The notes under the pieces: model-generated
What the model saw: the letters and a program-made list of their open reading frames with translations, nothing else
Told to the model about the DNA's origin: nothing
Database searches by the model: none
Position numbers and translations under genes: made by a program
In this document: positions 31,864 to 32,000 of the stretch, one piece after another
Layout: the number at the start of each line of letters is the position of its first letter
Position numbering within the stretch: position 1 is the stretch's first letter
Assembly (NCBI RefSeq): GCF_000009705.1
Contig: NC_003272.1
Coordinates: forward strand, 5,100,001-5,132,000
Origin: Nostoc sp. PCC 7120 = FACHB-418
Lineage (GTDB): Bacteria; Cyanobacteriota; Cyanobacteriia; Cyanobacteriales; Nostocaceae
DNA length: 32,000 nt
Direction of reading: 5' to 3'

Positions 31864-32000
31864 CTAACCAATCGTAGGTAATTGAGAATTAGTCCGCTTG
31901 CCTGAAAAACCTTCACGGGCAAAGATTTCAATCATTTCACTGCGAGTTAAATTATTTTTCTCTGCTAATTCTGCCAATTGTTCCCAGGCTGTATCCGTCA
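31864..32000 (-). CDS. Partial ORF, the C-terminal 45 aa of a ribbon-helix-helix/CopG-like protein; the 5' end lies outside the window
   Basis: My hand translation of the minus strand gives ...TDTAWEQLAELAEKNNLTRSEMIEIFAREGFSGKRTNSQLPTIG*. The W..L..LA......RSE.IE...R pattern is typical of RHH helices. Confidence 0.5.
   Translation of the reverse strand, partial: TDTAWEQLAELAEKNNLTRSEMIEIFAREGFSGKRTNSQLPTIG

Noticed and set aside
1-32000. A search for tRNA, rRNA, tmRNA, riboswitch-like or group I/II intron signatures in the non-coding stretches (1776-2092, 3770-4414, 7936-8535, 10222-10424, 20345-20699, 26321-26591 and 27852-28116)
   Set aside because: I saw no T-loop (GGTTCGAATCC-like) motifs, no rRNA-like conserved blocks and no recognisable riboswitch cores. 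By-eye detection is limited, so covariance-model scans should confirm this.

Overview
This window looks like ordinary chromosome from a filamentous, heterocyst-forming cyanobacterium of the Nostoc/Anabaena type. Three things support that. I counted at least 36 perfect HIP1 octamers (GCGATCGC) by eye. STRR-type tandem heptamer tracts sit in almost every intergenic spacer. The cytochrome c6 and PetN sequences are of the Nostoc type. About 24 credible genes are present. They include petJ, a Gfo/Idh/MocA oxidoreductase, a HetZ-family paralog, gdhA, a frameshifted acs, a 4-GAF histidine kinase and petN with a small unlisted membrane ORF. A hopanoid side-chain cluster is also present, made up of an HpnG-like phosphorylase, an AcrB-type RND permease, hpnA and hpnH. 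The remaining genes are a DUF2237 protein, pyrD, a large GAF protein with a degenerate kinase core, a UbiH-family monooxygenase, YebC, an orphan ABC substrate-binding protein, a polysaccharide deacetylase and a partial ribbon-helix-helix gene. I found no rRNA, tRNA, CRISPR array, intact transposase or integrase, or recognisable defence system. No clearly novel multi-gene system is demonstrable from sequence alone. The best leads are listed here. (a) An unrecognised patch at 7.9-10.4 kb holds two co-directional hypothetical genes and a convergent secreted protein, behind a 600-bp AT-rich leader. (b) An AcrB-type RND permease without partner genes is translationally coupled to hpnA inside the hopanoid cluster. 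It also carries an in-frame STRR heptamer tract. (c) acs is broken by a single-base frameshift in a homopolymer. (d) A HetZ-family paralog sits beside a long leader that may encode a small RNA. (e) A multi-GAF kinase has recently duplicated modules, and one GAF keeps the canonical chromophore cysteine. All family assignments rest on my reading of the translated ORFs. No database search was run.
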